NCBI GenBank assembly: GCA_964016885.1
Contig: OZ024743.1
Location: forward strand, 130,634,001 to 130,698,000
DNA: 64,000 nt
Reading direction: 5' to 3'
DNA from: Eledone cirrhosa
Taxonomy: Eukaryota
Under the pieces are notes generated by a model. It had not been told where the DNA came from. It made no database searches and was given only the letters and a program-made list of their open reading frames with translations. This document shows positions 24,824-38,100 of the stretch, piece by piece (position 1 is the stretch's first letter; every line of letters starts with the position of its first letter). Both the position numbers and the translations under genes were made by a program.

Positions 24824-26730
24824 CTTGGTGTTTGGTGCTTGGTGTTTGGTGTTTGGTGTTTGATGCTTGGTGTTTGCTGCTGGCTGCTTGCTGCTTGGTG
24901 TTTGGTGCTAGGGGCTTGGTGCTTGGTGCTTGGTGTTTGGTGCTTGGTGCTTGGTGCCTGGTGCTTGGTGCTTGGTGCTTGTTGTTTGGTGCTTGGTGCT
25001 TGGTGATTAGTGTTTGGTGCTTGGTGCTTGCGGTTTGGTGTTTGGTGCTTGGGGTTTGGTGTTTGGTGCTTGGTGCTTGGTGTTTGGTGCTTGGTGCTTG
25101 GTGCTTGGTGTTTGGTGCTTGGTGCTTGGTGTTTGGTGCTTGGTGCTTGGTGTTTGGTGTTTGGCGTTTGCTGTTTGCTGTTTGGTGTTTGCTGTTTGCT
25201 GTTTGGTGCTTGGTGCTTGGTGTTTGGTGTTTGGTGTTTGGTGCTTGGTGCTTGGTGTTTGGTGCTTGGTGCTGGGTGTTTGGTGCTTGGTGCTTGGTGT
25301 TTGGTGCTTGGTGCTTGGTGCTTGGTGTTTGGTCCTTGGTGCTTGGTGCTTGGTCTTTGGTGCTTGTGTTTTGGTGTTTGGTGCTTGGTGCTTGGTGTTT
25401 GGTGCTTGGTTCTTGGTGCTTGGTGCTTGGTGTTTGTTGATTGCTGCTTGGTGCTTGGTGTTTGGTGCTTGGTGCTTGGTGACTAGTGTTTGGTGATTGG
25501 TGCTTGGGGTTTGCTGTTTGGTGCTTGGTGTTTGGTGCTTGGTGCTTACTGTTTGGTGTTTGGTGTTTGGTTCTTGGTGCTTGGTGTTTGGTGTTTGGTG
25601 TTTGGTGCTTGGTGCTTGTGGTTTGGTGCTTGGTGCTTGGTGCTTGGTGTTTGGTGCTGCGTGCTTGGTGTTTGGTGTTTGGTGCTTGGTGCCTGGTGCT
25701 TGTTGTTTGGTGCTTGGTGTTTGGTGTTTGGTACTTGGTGCTTGGTGCTTGGTGCTTGGTGTTTGGTGCTTGGTGCTTGGTGTTTGGTGTTTGGAGCTTG
25801 GTGCCTGCTGCTTGTTGTTTGGTGTTTGGTGCTTGGTGCTTGGTGCTTGGTATCTGTTGTTTGGTGCTTGATGTCTGGTGTTTGGTGCTTGGTGCTTGGT
25901 GCTTGGTGTTTGGTGTTTGGTGCTTGGTGCTTGGTGTTTGGTGCTTGGTGTTTGGTGTTTGGTGTTTGATGCTTGGTGTTTGCTGCTTGGTGCTTGGTGC
26001 TTGGTGTTTTGTGTTTGGTGCTTGGTGCTTGGTGCCTGGTGCTTGTTGCTTGGTGCTTGTTGATTGGTGCTTGGTGCTTGGTCCATTAGTGTTTGGTGCT
26101 TGGTGCGTGCGGTTTGATGTTTGGTGCTTGGGGTTTGGTGTTTGGTGCTTGGTGCTTGGTGTTTGGTGCTTGGTGCTTGGTGCTTGGTGCTTGGTGTTTG
26201 GTGCTTGGTGCTTGGTGTTTGGTGCTTGGTGTTTGGTGCTTGGTGCTTGGTGCTTGGTGCTTGGTGTTAGGTGTTTGGTGCTTGGTGCTTGGTGTTTGAT
26301 GTTTGGTCCTTGGTGCTTGGTGTTTGGTGTTTGTTGCTTGGTGCTTGGTGTTTGGTGTTTGGTGCTTGCTGCTTGCTGCTTGGTGTTTGGTGCTTGGTGA
26401 TTGGTGCTTGGTGTTTTGTGCTTGGTGCTTGGTGTTTGGTGTTTGGTGCTAGGGTCTTGGTGCTTCGTGCTTGGTGTTTGGTGCTTGGTGCTTGCTGTTT
26501 GGTGTTTGGTGCTTGGTGCGTGGGACTTAGTGTTTGGTGTTTGGTGCTTGGTGTTTGGTGCTTGGTGTTTGGTGCTTGGTGTTTGGGGCTTGGTGTTCGG
26601 TGCTTGGTGCTTGGTGCTTGGGGCTTGGTGTTTGGTGTTTGGTGCTTGGTGCTTGGTGTTTGATGTTGGGTCCTTGGTGCTTGGTGTTTGGTGTTTGGTG
26701 CTTGGTGTTTGGTGTTTGGTGCTTGGTGCT
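19798..26730. repeat. Two complete tandem copies of the 3465/3466-bp unit
   Basis: ORFs 19823/23289, 21306/24772 and 22806/26271; CTTGGTCC 22612/26077. Confidence 0.88.
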
Positions 26731-29700
26731 TGGTGTTTGGTGTTTGGTGCTTGGTGCATGGGGCTTGGTGTTTGGTGCTTGGTGCTTGGTGTTTGGTGCT
26801 TCTGCTTGGGGCTTGGTAGTTGGTGCTTGGTGCCTGGTGTTTGGTGTTTGGTGTTTGGTGCTTGGTGTATGGTGCTTGGTGCTTGGTGCTGGGTGGTTGG
26901 TGTTTGGTGCTTGGTGCTTGGTGTTTGGTGCTTGGTGCTTGGTGCTTGTTGTTTGGTGCTTGGTGCTTGGTGCTTGGTCTTTGGTGCATGGTGTTTGGTG
27001 TTTGGCGCTTGGTGCTTGGTGCTTCGTGATTGGTGCTTGGGGTTTGGTGGTTGGTGCTTGGTGCTTGGTGTTTGGTGTTTGGTGTTTGGTGTTTGGTGTT
27101 TGCTGTTTGGTGTCTGCTTTTTGGTGTTTGGTGTTTGCTGTATGGTGTTTGCTGTTTCGTATTTGGTTTTTGCTGTATGGTGTTTGGTGTTTGCTGTTTG
27201 GTGTTTGGTGTTTGGTGTTTGGTGCTTGGTGCTTGGTGCTTGGTGTTTGGCGTTTGGTGCTTGGTGCTTGGTGTTTGGTGCTTCGTGCTTGGTGTTTGGT
27301 GTTTGGTGCTTGGTGCCTGGTGCTTGTTGTATGGTGTTTGGTGCTTGGTGCTTGGTGTTTGGTGTTTGTGTTTTGGTGTTTGGTGCTTGGTGTTTTGTGT
27401 TTGGTGATTGGTGCTTGGTGCCTGGTGCTTGGTGCTTGGTGCTTGTTGTTTGGTGCTTGGTGCTTGGTGATTAGTGTTTGGTGCTTGGTGCTTGCGGTTT
27501 GGTGTTTGGTGCTTGGGGTTTGGTGCTTGGTGCTTGGTGCTTGGTGTTTGGTGCTTGGTGCTTGGTGTTTGGTGCTTGGTGCTTGGTGTTTGGTGTTTGG
27601 CGTTTGCTGTTTGCTGTTTGCTGTTTGCTGTTTGGTGCTTGCTGTTTGGTGCTTGGTGCTTGGTGTTTGGTGTTTGGTGTTTTGTGCTTGGTGCTTGGTG
27701 TTTGGTGCTTGGTGCTTGGTGCTGTGTGTTTGGTGCTTGGTGCTTGGTGTTTGGTGCTTGGTGCTTGGTGCTTGGTGTTTGCTCCTTGGTGCTTGGTGCT
27801 TGGTCTTTGGTGCTTGGGTTTTGGTGTTTGGTGCATGGTGCTTGGTGTTTGGTGCTTGGTTCTTGGTGCTTGGTGCTTGGTGTTTGGTGATTGCTGCTTG
27901 GTGCTTGGTGTTTGGTGCTTGGTGCTTGGTGATTAGTGTTTGGTGATTGGTGCTTGGGGTTTGCTGTTTGGTGCTTGGTGTTTGGTGCTTGGTGCTTGCT
28001 GTTTGGTGTTTGGTGTTTGGTTCTTGGTGCTTGGTGTTTGGTGTTTGGTGTCTGGTGCTTGGTGCTTGGTGCTTGGTGTTTGGTGCTTGGTGCTTGGTGC
28101 TTGGTGTTTGGTGCTGCGTGCTTGGTGTTTGGTGCTTGGTGCTTGGTGATTAGTGTTTGGTGCTTTGTGTTTGGTGCTTGGTGTTTGGTGCTTGGTGCTT
28201 GGTGCTTAGTGCTTGGTGTTAGGTGTTTGGTGCTTGGTGATTGGTGTTTGATGTTAGGTTCTTGGTGCTTGGTGTTTGGTGTTTGGTGCTTGGTGCTTGG
28301 TGTTTGGTGTTTGGTGCTTGGTGCTTGGTGCTTGGTGCTTGGTGTTAGGTGTTTGGTGCTTGGTGCTTGGTGTTTGGTGCTTGGTGCTTTGTGTTTGGTG
28401 CTTGGTGTTTGGTGCTTGGTGCTTGGTGCTTGGTGCTTGGTGTTAGGTGTTTGGTGCTTGGTGCTTGGTGTTTGGTGCTTGGTGCTTTGTGTTTGGTGCT
28501 TGGTGTTTGGTGCTTGGTGCTTGGTGTTTGGTGCTTGGTGTTTGGTGTTTGGTGTTTGATGCTTGGTGTTTGCTGCTGGCTGCTTGCTGCTTGGTGTTTG
28601 GTGCTAGGGGCTTGGTGCTTGGTGCTTGGTGTTTGGTGCTTGGTGCTTGGTGCCTGGTGCTTGGTGCTTGGTGCTTGTTGTTTGGTGCTTGGTGCTTGGT
28701 GATTAGTGTTTGGTGCTTGGTGCTTGCGGTTTGGTGTTTGGTGCTTGGGGTTTGGTGTTTGGTGCTTGGTGCTTGGTGTTTGGTGCTTGGTGCTTGGTGC
28801 TTGGTGTTTGGTGCTTGGTGCTTGGTGTTTGGTGCTTGGTGCTTGGTGTTTGGTGTTTGGCGTTTGCTGTTTGCTGTTTGGTGTTTGCTGTTTGCTGTTT
28901 GGTGCTTGGTGCTTGGTGTTTGGTGTTTGGTGTTTGGTGCTTGGTGCTTGGTGTTTGGTGCTTGGTGCTGGGTGTTTGGTGCTTGGTGCTTGGTGTTTGG
29001 TGCTTGGTGCTTGGTGCTTGGTGTTTGGTCCTTGGTGCTTGGTGCTTGGTCTTTGGTGCTTGTGTTTTGGTGTTTGGTGCTTGGTGCTTGGTGTTTGGTG
29101 CTTGGTTCTTGGTGCTTGGTGCTTGGTGTTTGTTGATTGCTGCTTGGTGCTTGGTGTTTGGTGCTTGGTGCTTGGTGACTAGTGTTTGGTGATTGGTGCT
29201 TGGGGTTTGCTGTTTGGTGCTTGGTGTTTGGTGCTTGGTGCTTACTGTTTGGTGTTTGGTGTTTGGTTCTTGGTGCTTGGTGTTTGGTGTTTGGTGTTTG
29301 GTGCTTGGTGCTTGTGGTTTGGTGCTTGGTGCTTGGTGCTTGGTGTTTGGTGCTGCGTGCTTGGTGTTTGGTGTTTGGTGCTTGGTGCCTGGTGCTTGTT
29401 GTTTGGTGCTTGGTGTTTGGTGTTTGGTACTTGGTGCTTGGTGCTTGGTGCTTGGTGTTTGGTGCTTGGTGCTTGGTGTTTGGTGTTTGGAGCTTGGTGC
29501 CTGCTGCTTGTTGTTTGGTGTTTGGTGCTTGGTGCTTGGTGCTTGGTATCTGTTGTTTGGTGCTTGATGTCTGGTGTTTGGTGCTTGGTGCTTGGTGCTT
29601 GGTGTTTGGTGTTTGGTGCTTGGTGTTTGGTGTTTGGTGCTTGGTGTTTGGTGTTTGGTGTTTGATGCTTGGTGTTTGCTGCTTGGTGCTTGGTGCTTAG

Positions 29701-32152
29701 TGTTTTGTGTTTGGTGCTTGGTGCTTGGTGCCTGGTGCTTGTTGCTTGGTGCTTGTTGATTGGTGCTTGGTGCTTGGTCCATTAGTGTTTGGTGCTTGGT
29801 GCGTGCGGTTTGATGTTTGGTGCTTGGGGTTTGGTGTTTGGTGCTTGGTGCTTGGTGTTTGGTGCTTGGTGCTTGGTGCTTGGTGCTTGGTGTTTGGTGC
29901 TTGGTGCTTGGTGTTTGGTGCTTGGTGTTTGGTGCTTGGTGCTTGGTGCTTGGTGCTTGGTGTTAGGTGTTTGGTGCTTGGTGCTTGGTGTTTGATGTTT
30001 GGTCCTTGGTGCTTGGTGTTTGGTGTTTGTTGCTTGGTGCTTGGTGTTTGGTGTTTGGTGCTTGCTGCTTGCTGCTTGGTGTTTGGTGCTTGGTGATTGG
30101 TGCTTGGTGTTTTGTGCTTGGTGCTTGGTGTTTGGTGTTTGGTGCTAGGGTCTTGGTGCTTCGTGCTTGGTGTTTGGTGCTTGGTGCTTGCTGTTTGGTG
30201 TTTGGTGCTTGGTGCGTGGGACTTAGTGTTTGGTGTTTGGTGCTTGGTGTTTGGTGCTTGGTGTTTGGTGCTTGGTGTTTGGGGCTTGGTGTTCGGTGCT
30301 TGGTGCTTGGTGCTTGGGGCTTGGTGTTTGGTGTTTGGTGCTTGGTGCTTGGTGTTTGATGTTGGGTCCTTGGTGCTTGGTGTTTGGTGTTTGGTGCTTG
30401 GTGTTTGGTGTTTGGTGCTTGGTGCTTGGTGTTTGGTGTTTGGTGCTTGGTGCATGGGGCTTGGTGTTTGGTGCTTGGTGCTTGGTGTTTGGTGCTTCTG
30501 CTTGGGGCTTGGTAGTTGGTGCTTGGTGCCTGGTGTTTGGTGTTTGGTGTTTGGTGCTTGGTGTATGGTGCTTGGTGCTTGGTGCTGGGTGGTTGGTGTT
30601 TGGTGCTTGGTGCTTGGTGTTTGGTGCTTGGTGCTTGGTGCTTGTTGTTTGGTGCTTGGTGCTTGGTGCTTGGTCTTTGGTGCATGGTGTTTGGTGTTTG
30701 GCGCTTGGTGCTTGGTGCTTCGTGATTGGTGCTTGGGGTTTGGTGGTTGGTGCTTGGTGCTTGGTGTTTGGTGTTTGGTGTTTGGTGTTTGGTGTTTGCT
30801 GTTTGGTGTCTGCTTTTTGGTGTTTGGTGTTTGCTGTATGGTGTTTGCTGTTTCGTATTTGGTTTTTGCTGTTTGGTGTTTGGTGTTTGCTGTTTGGTGT
30901 TTGGTGTTTGGTGTTTGGTGCTTGGTGCTTGGTGCTTGGTGTTTGGCGTTTGGTGCTTGGTGCTTGGTGTTTGGTGCTTCGTGCTTGGTGTTTGGTGTTT
31001 GGTGCTTGGTGCCTGGTGCTTGTTGTATGGTGTTTGGTGCTTGGTGCTTGGTGTTTGGTGTTTGTGTTTTGGTGTTTGGTGCTTGGTGTTTTGTGTTTGG
31101 TGATTGGTGCTTGGTGCCTGGTGCTTGGTGCTTGGTGCTTGTTGTTTGGTGCTTGGTGCTTGGTGATTAGTGTTTGGTGCTTGGTGCTTGCGGTTTGGTG
31201 TTTGGTGCTTGGGGTTTGGTGCTTGGTGCTTGGTGCTTGGTGTTTGGTGCTTGGTGCTTGGTGTTTGGTGCTTGGTGCTTGGTGTTTGGTGTTTGGCGTT
31301 TGCTGTTTGCTGTTTGCTGTTTGCTGTTTGGTGCTTGCTGTTTGGTGCTTGGTGCTTGGTGTTTGGTGTTTGGTGTTTTGTGCTTGGTGCTTGGTGTTTG
31401 GTGCTTGGTGCTTGGTGCTGTGTGTTTGGTGCTTGGTGCTTGGTGTTTGGTGCTTGGTGCTTGGTGCTTGGTGTTTGCTCCTTGGTGCTTGCTGCTTGGT
31501 CTTTGGTGCTTGGGTTTTGGTGTTTGGTGCATGGTGCTTGGTGTTTGGTGCTTGGTTCTTGGTGCTTGGTGCTTGGTGTTTGGTGATTGCTGCTTGGTGC
31601 TTGGTGTTTGGTGCTTGGTGCTTGGTGATTAGTGTTTGGTGATTGGTGCTTGGGGTTTGCTGTTTGGTGCTTGGTGTTTGGTGCTTGGTGCTTGCTGTTT
31701 GGTGTTTGGTGTTTGGTTCTTGGTGCTTGGTGTTTGGTGTTTGGTGTCTGGTGCTTGGTGCTTGGTGCTTGGTGTTTGGTGCTTGGTGCTTGGTGCTTGG
31801 TGTTTGGTGCTGCGTGCTTGGTGTTTGGTGCTTGGTGCTTGGTGATTAGTGTTTGGTGCTTTGTGTTTGGTGCTTGGTGTTTGGTGCTTGGTGCTTGGTG
31901 CTTAGTGCTTGGTGTTAGGTGTTTGGTGCTTGGTGATTGGTGTTTGATGTTAGGTTCTTGGTGCTTGGTGTTTGGTGTTTGGTGCTTGGTGCTTGGTGTT
32001 TGGTGTTTGGTGCTTGGTGCTTGGTGCTTGGTGCTTGGTGTTAGGTGTTTGGTGCTTGGTGCTTGGTGTTTGGTGCTTGGTGCTTTGTGTTTGGTGCTTG
32101 GTGTTTGGTGCTTGGTGCTTGGTGCTTGGTGCTTGGTGTTAGGTGTTTGGTG
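24824..32152. repeat. Tandem duplication with 3696-bp (528-monomer) period
   Basis: ORFs 25010/28706, 26534/30230 and 27936/31632; CTTCTG 26799/30495; CTTGGTCC 26077/29773. Confidence 0.9.
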
Positions 32153-35100
32153 TTTGGTGATTGGTGTTTGATGCTAGGTTCTTGGTGCTTGGTGTTTGGT
32201 GTTTGGTGCTTGGTGCTTGGTGTTTGGTGTTTGGTGCTTGGTGCTTGGTGCTTGGTGCTTGGTGTTTGGTGTTTGGTGTTTGATGCTTGGTGTTTGCTGC
32301 TTGGTGCTTGGTGATTAGTGTTTGGTGCTTGGTGCTTCGGGTTTGGTGTTTGGGGCTTGGTGTTTGGTGCTTGGTGCTTGCTGTTTGGTGATTGGTGTTT
32401 GGTTCTTGGTGCTTGGTGTTTGGTGTTTGGTGTTTGGTGCTTGGTGCTTGGTGCTTGGTGTTTGGTGCTTGGTGCTTGGTGCTTGGTGTTTGGTGCTGCG
32501 TGCTTGGTGTTTGGTGTTTGGTGCTTGGTGCCTGGTGCCTGTTGTTTGGTGTTTGGTGCTTAGTGCTTGGTGTTTGGTGTTTGGTGCTTGGTGCTTGGTG
32601 GCTGGTGTTTGGTGCTTGGTGTTTGGAGTTTGGTGCTTGGTGCTTGGTGCCTGGTGTTTCGTGCTTGGTGCTTGGTGCTTGGTGTTTGGTGTATGGTGCT
32701 TGGTGTTTGGTGTTTGGTACTTGGTGCTTGGTGCTTGGTGCTTGGTGTTTGGTGTTTGCTGTTTGCTGTTTGGTGTTTGGTGTTTGCTGTTTGGTGTTTG
32801 CTGTTTGGTGTTTGGTGTTTGGTGCTTGCTGTTTGGTGCTTGGTGCTTGGTGTTTGGTGTTTGGTGCTTGGTGTTTGGTGCTTGGTGCTTGGTGCTGGGT
32901 GTTTGGTGCTTGGTGCTTGGTGTTTGGTGCTTGGTGCTTGGTGCTTGGTGTTTGGTCCTTGGTGCTTGGTGCTTGGTCTTTGGTGCTTGGGTTTTGGTGT
33001 TTGGTGCTTGGTGCTTGGTCTTTGGTGCTTGGTGCTTGGTGCTTGGTGTTTGGTGCTTGCTGCTTGGCGCTTGGTTTTTGGTGCTTGGTGCTTGGTGATT
33101 AGTGTTTGGTGATTGGTGCTTGGGGTTTGGTGTTTGGGGGCTTGGTGTTTGGTGCGTGGTGCTTGCTGTTTGGTGTTTGGTGCTGGGTGTTTGGTGCTTG
33201 GTGCTTGGTGTTTGGTGCTTGGTGCTTGGTGCTTGGTGCTTGGTGTTTGGTGCCTGGTGCTTGGTGCTTGGTGCTTGCTGTTTGGTGTTTGGTGTTTGGT
33301 TCTTGGTGCTTGGTGTTTGGTGTTTGGTGCTTGGTGCTTGGTGCTTGGTGTTTGGTGCTTGGTGCTTGGTGATTAGTGTTTGGTGATTGGTGCTTGGGGT
33401 TTGGTGTTTGGTGCTTGGTGTTTGGTGCTTGGTGCTTGCTGTTTGGTGTTTGGTGTTTGGTTCTTGGTGCTTGGTGTTTGGTGTTTGGTGCTTGGTGCTT
33501 GGTGATTGGTGTTTGGTGCTTGGTGCTTGGTGCTTGGTGTTTGGTGCTGCGTGCTTGGTGTTTGGTGTTTGGTGCTTGGTGCCTGGGGCTTGTTGTTTGG
33601 TGTTTGGTGCTTGGTGCTTGGTGCTTGGTGTTAGGTGTTTGGTGCTTGGTGCTTGGTGTTTGATGTTTGGTCCTTGGTGCTTGTTGTTTGGTGTTTGGTG
33701 CTTGGTGCTTGGTGTTTGGTGTTTGGTGCTTGCTGCTTGCTGCTTGGTGTTTGGTGCTTGGTGATTGGTGCTTGGTGTTTTATGCTTGGTGCTTGGTGTT
33801 TGGTGCTAGGGGCTTGGTGCTTGATGCTTGGTGTTTGGTGCTTGGTGCTTGCTGTTTGGTGCTTGGTGCTTGGTGCTTGGTGTTTGGTGTATGGTGTTTG
33901 GTGCTTGGTGTTTGGTGCTTGGTGCTTGGTGCTGGGTGGTTGGTGTTTGGTGTTTGGTGCTTGGTGATTGGTGCTTATTGTTTGGTGCTTGGTGCTTGGT
34001 GCTTGGTGCTTGGTCTTTGATGCTTGGTGTTTGGTGTTTGGTGCTTGGTGCTTGGTGCTTGGTGATTAGTGTTTGGTGCTTGGTGCTTAGTGTTTTGTGC
34101 TTGGTGTTTGGTGCTTGGTGCTTGGTGTTTGGTGTTTGGTGCTTGGTGCTTGGGGCTTGGTGTTTGGTGCTTAGTGTTTGGTGCTTGGTGTTTGGTGCTT
34201 GGCGCTTGGTGCTTGGTGTTTGGTGTATGGTGTTTGGTGCTTGGTGCTTGGGGCTTGGTGTTTTGTGCTTAGTGTTTGGTGCTTGGTGCTTGGTGCTGGG
34301 TGGTTGGTGTTTGGTGTTTGGTGCTTGGTGATTGGTGCTTATTGTTTGGTGCTTGGTGCTTGGTGCTTGGTGCTTGGTGCTTGGTCTTTGGTGCTTGGTG
34401 TTTGGTGTTTGGTGCTTGGTGCTTGGTGCTTGGTGATTAGTGTTTGGTGCTTGGTGCTTGGTGCCTGGTGCTTGGTGCTTGGTGCTTGTTGTTTGGTGCT
34501 TGGTGCTTGGTGATTAGTGTTTGGTGCTTGGTGCTTGGGGTTTGGTGTTTGGTGCTTGGTGTTTGGTGTTTGGTGCTTGGTGCTTGGTGTTTGGTGCTTG
34601 GTGCTTGGTGTTTGGTGCTTGGTGCTTTGTGTTTGGTGCTTGGTGTTTGGTGCTTGGTGCTTGGTGCTTGGTGCTTGGTGTTAGGTGTTTGGTGCTTGGT
34701 GATTGGTGTTTGATGTTAGGTTCTTGGTGCTTGGTGTTTGGTGTTTGGTGCTTGGTGCTTGGTGTTTGGTGTTTGGTGCTTGGTGTTTGGTGCTTGGTGT
34801 TTTGTGTTTGGAGTTTGGTGCTTGGTGTTTGGTGCTTGGTGCTTGGTGCTTGGTGTTTGGTGTTTGGTGTTTGGTGATTGGTGCTTTGTGTTTGGTGCTT
34901 GGTGCTTGGTGCTTGGTTCTTGGTGTTAGGCGTTTGGTGCTTGGAGCTTGGTGTTTGATGTTTGGTCCTTGGTGCTTGGTGTTTGGTATTTGGAGCTTGG
35001 TGCTTGGTGTTTGGTGTTTGGTGCTTGCTGCTTGGTGCTTGGTGTTTGATGTTTGGTCCTTGGTGCTTGGTGTTTGGTGTTGTGTGCTTGGTGCTTGGTG

Positions 35101-38100
35101 CTTGGTGTTTGGTGCTTGGTGCTTGGCGCTTGGTGTTTTGCGTTTGCTGTTTGCTGTTTGGTGTTTGGTGTTTGCTGTTTGGTGTTTGCTGTTTGGTATT
35201 TGGTGTTTGGTGCTTGGTGCTTGGTGTTTGGTGCTTGGTGCTTGGTGCTTGGTGTTTGGTCCTTGGTGCTTGGTGCTTGGTCTTTGGTGCTTGTGTTTTG
35301 GTGTTTGGTGCTTGGTGCTTGATGTTTGGTGCTTGGTTCTTGGTGCTTGGTGCTTGGTGTTTGTTGATTGCTGCTTGGTGCTTGGTGTTTGGTGCTTGGT
35401 GCTTGGTGACTAGTGTTTGGTGATTGGTGCTTGGGGTTTGCTGTTTGGTGCTTGGTGTTTGGTGCTTGGTGCTTGCTGTTTGGTGTTTGGTGTTTGGTTC
35501 TTGGTGCTTGGTGTTTGGTGTTTGGTGTTAAGTGCTTGGTGCTTGGTGTTTGGTGCTTGGTGCTTGGTGCTTGGTGTTTGGTGCTGCGTGCTTGGTGTTT
35601 GGTGTTTGGTGCTTGGTGCCTGGTGCTTGTTGTTTGGTGCTTAGTGCTTGGTGTTTGGTGTTTGGTGCTTGGTGCTTGGTGGCTGGTGCTTGGTGCTTGG
35701 TGTTTGGAGTTTGGTGCTTGGTGCTTGGTGCCTGGTGTTTCGTGCTTGGTGCTTGGTGTTTGGTGTTTGGTGCTTGGTGTTTGGTGTTTGGTACTTGGTG
35801 CTTGGTGCTTGGTGCTTGGTGTTTGGTGCTTGGTGTTTGATGCTGCGTGCTTGGTGTTTGGTGTTTGGTGCTTGGTGCTTGGTGTTTGGTGTTTGGAGCT
35901 TGGTGCCTGCTGCTTGTTGTTTGGTGTTTGGTGCTTGGTGCTTGCTGCTTGGTATCTGGTGTTTGGTGCTTGATGTCTGGTGTTTGGTGCTTGGTGCTTG
36001 GTGCTTGGTGTTTGGTGTTTGGTGCTTGGTGCTTGGTGTTTGGTGCTGGGTGTTTGGTGTTTGGTGTTTGATGCTTGGTGTTTGCTGCTTGGTGCTTGGT
36101 GCTTGGTGTTTTGTGTTTGGTGCTTGGTGCTTGGTGCCTGGTGCTTGTTGCTTGGTGCTTGTTGATTGGTGCTTGGTGCTTGGTCCATTAGTGTTTGGTG
36201 CTTGGTGCGTGCGGTTTGATGTTTGGTGCTTGGGGTTTGGTGTTTGGTGCTTGGTGCTTGGTGTTTGGTGCTTGGTGCTTGGTGCTTGGTGCTTGGTGCT
36301 TGGTGTTTGGTGCTTGGTGCTTGGAGTTTGGTGCTTGGTGTTTGGTGCTTGGTGCTTGGTGCTTGGTGCTTGGTGTTAGGTGTTTGGTGCTTGGTGCTTG
36401 GTGTTTGATGTTTGGTCCTTGGTGCTTGGTGTTTGGTGTTTGTTGCTTGGTGCTTGGTGTTTGGTGTTTGGTACTTGCTGCTTGCTGCTTGGTGATTGGT
36501 GCTTGGTGTTTTGTGCTTGGTGCTTGGTGTTTGGTGTTTGGTGCTAGGGGCTTGGTGCTTCGTGCTTGGTGTTTGGTGCTTGGTGCTTGCTGTTTGGTGT
36601 TTGGTGCTTGGTGCGTGGGACTTAGTGTTTGGTGTTTGGTGCTTGGTGTTTGGTGCTTGGTGTTTGGTGCTTGGTGTTTGGGGCTTGGTGTTCGGTGCTT
36701 GGTGCTTGGTGCTTGGGGCTTGGTGTTTGGTGTTTGGTGCTTGGTGCTTGGTGTTTGATGTTGGGTCCTTGGTGCTTGGTGTTTGGTGTTTGGTGCTTGG
36801 TGTTTGGTGTTTGGTGCTTGGTGCTTGGTGTTTGGTGTTTGGTGCTTGGTGCATGGGGCTTGGTGTTTGGTGCTTGGTGCTTGGTGTTTGGTGCTTCTGC
36901 TTGGGGCTTGGTAGTTGGTGCTTGGTGCCTGGTGTTTGGTGTTTGGTGTTTGGTGCTTGGTGTATGGTGCTTGGTGCTTGGTGCTGGGTGGTTGGTGTTT
37001 GGTGCTTGGTGCTTGGTGTTTGGTGCTTGGTGCTTGGTGCTTGTTGTTTGGTGCTTGGTGCTTGGTGCTTGGTCTTTGGTGCATGGTGTTTGGTGTTTGG
37101 CGCTTGGTGCTTGGTGCTTCGTGATTGGTGCTTGGGGTTTGGTGGTTGGTGCTTGGTGCTTGGTGTTTGGTGTTTGGTGTTTGGTGTTTGGTGTTTGCTG
37201 TTTGGTGTCTGCTTTTTGGTGTTTGGTGTTTGCTGTATGGTGTTTGCTGTTTCGTATTTGGTTTTTGCTGTTTGGTGTTTGGTGTTTGCTGTTTGGTGTT
37301 TGGTGTTTGGTGTTTGGTGCTTGGTGCTTGGTGCTTGGTGTTTGGCGTTTGGTGCTTGGTGCTTGGTGTTTGGTGCTTCGTGCTTGGTGTTTGGTGTTTG
37401 GTGCTTGGTGCCTGGTGCTTGTTGTATGGTGTTTGGTGCTTGGTGCTTGGTGTTTGGTGTTTGTGTTTTGGTGTTTGGTGCTTGGTGTTTTGTGTTTGGT
37501 GATTGGTGCTTGGTGCCTGGTGCTTGGTGCTTGGTGCTTGTTGTTTGGTGCTTGGTGCTTGGTGATTAGTGTTTGGTGCTTGGTGCTTGCGGTTTGGTGT
37601 TTGGTGCTTGGGGTTTGGTGCTTGGTGCTTGGTGCTTGGTGTTTGGTGCTTGGTGCTTGGTGTTTGGTGCTTGGTGCTTGGTGTTTGGTGTTTGGCGTTT
37701 GCTGTTTGCTGTTTGCTGTTTGCTGTTTGGTGCTTGCTGTTTGGTGCTTGGTGCTTGGTGTTTGGTGTTTGGTGTTTTGTGCTTGGTGCTTGGTGTTTGG
37801 TGCTTGGTGCTTGGTGCTGTGTGTTTGGTGCTTGGTGCTTGGTGTTTGGTGCTTGGTGCTTGGTGCTTGGTGTTTGCTCCTTGGTGCTTGGTGCTTGGTC
37901 TTTGGTGCTTGGGTTTTGGTGTTTGGTGCATGGTGCTTGGTGTTTGGTGCTTGGTTCTTGGTGCTTGGTGCTTGGTGTTTGGTGATTGCTGCTTGGTGCT
38001 TGGTGTTTGGTGCTTGGTGCTTGGTGATTAGTGTTTGGTGATTGGTGCTTGGGGTTTGCTGTTTGGTGCTTGGTGTTTGGTGCTTGGTGCTTGCTGTTTG

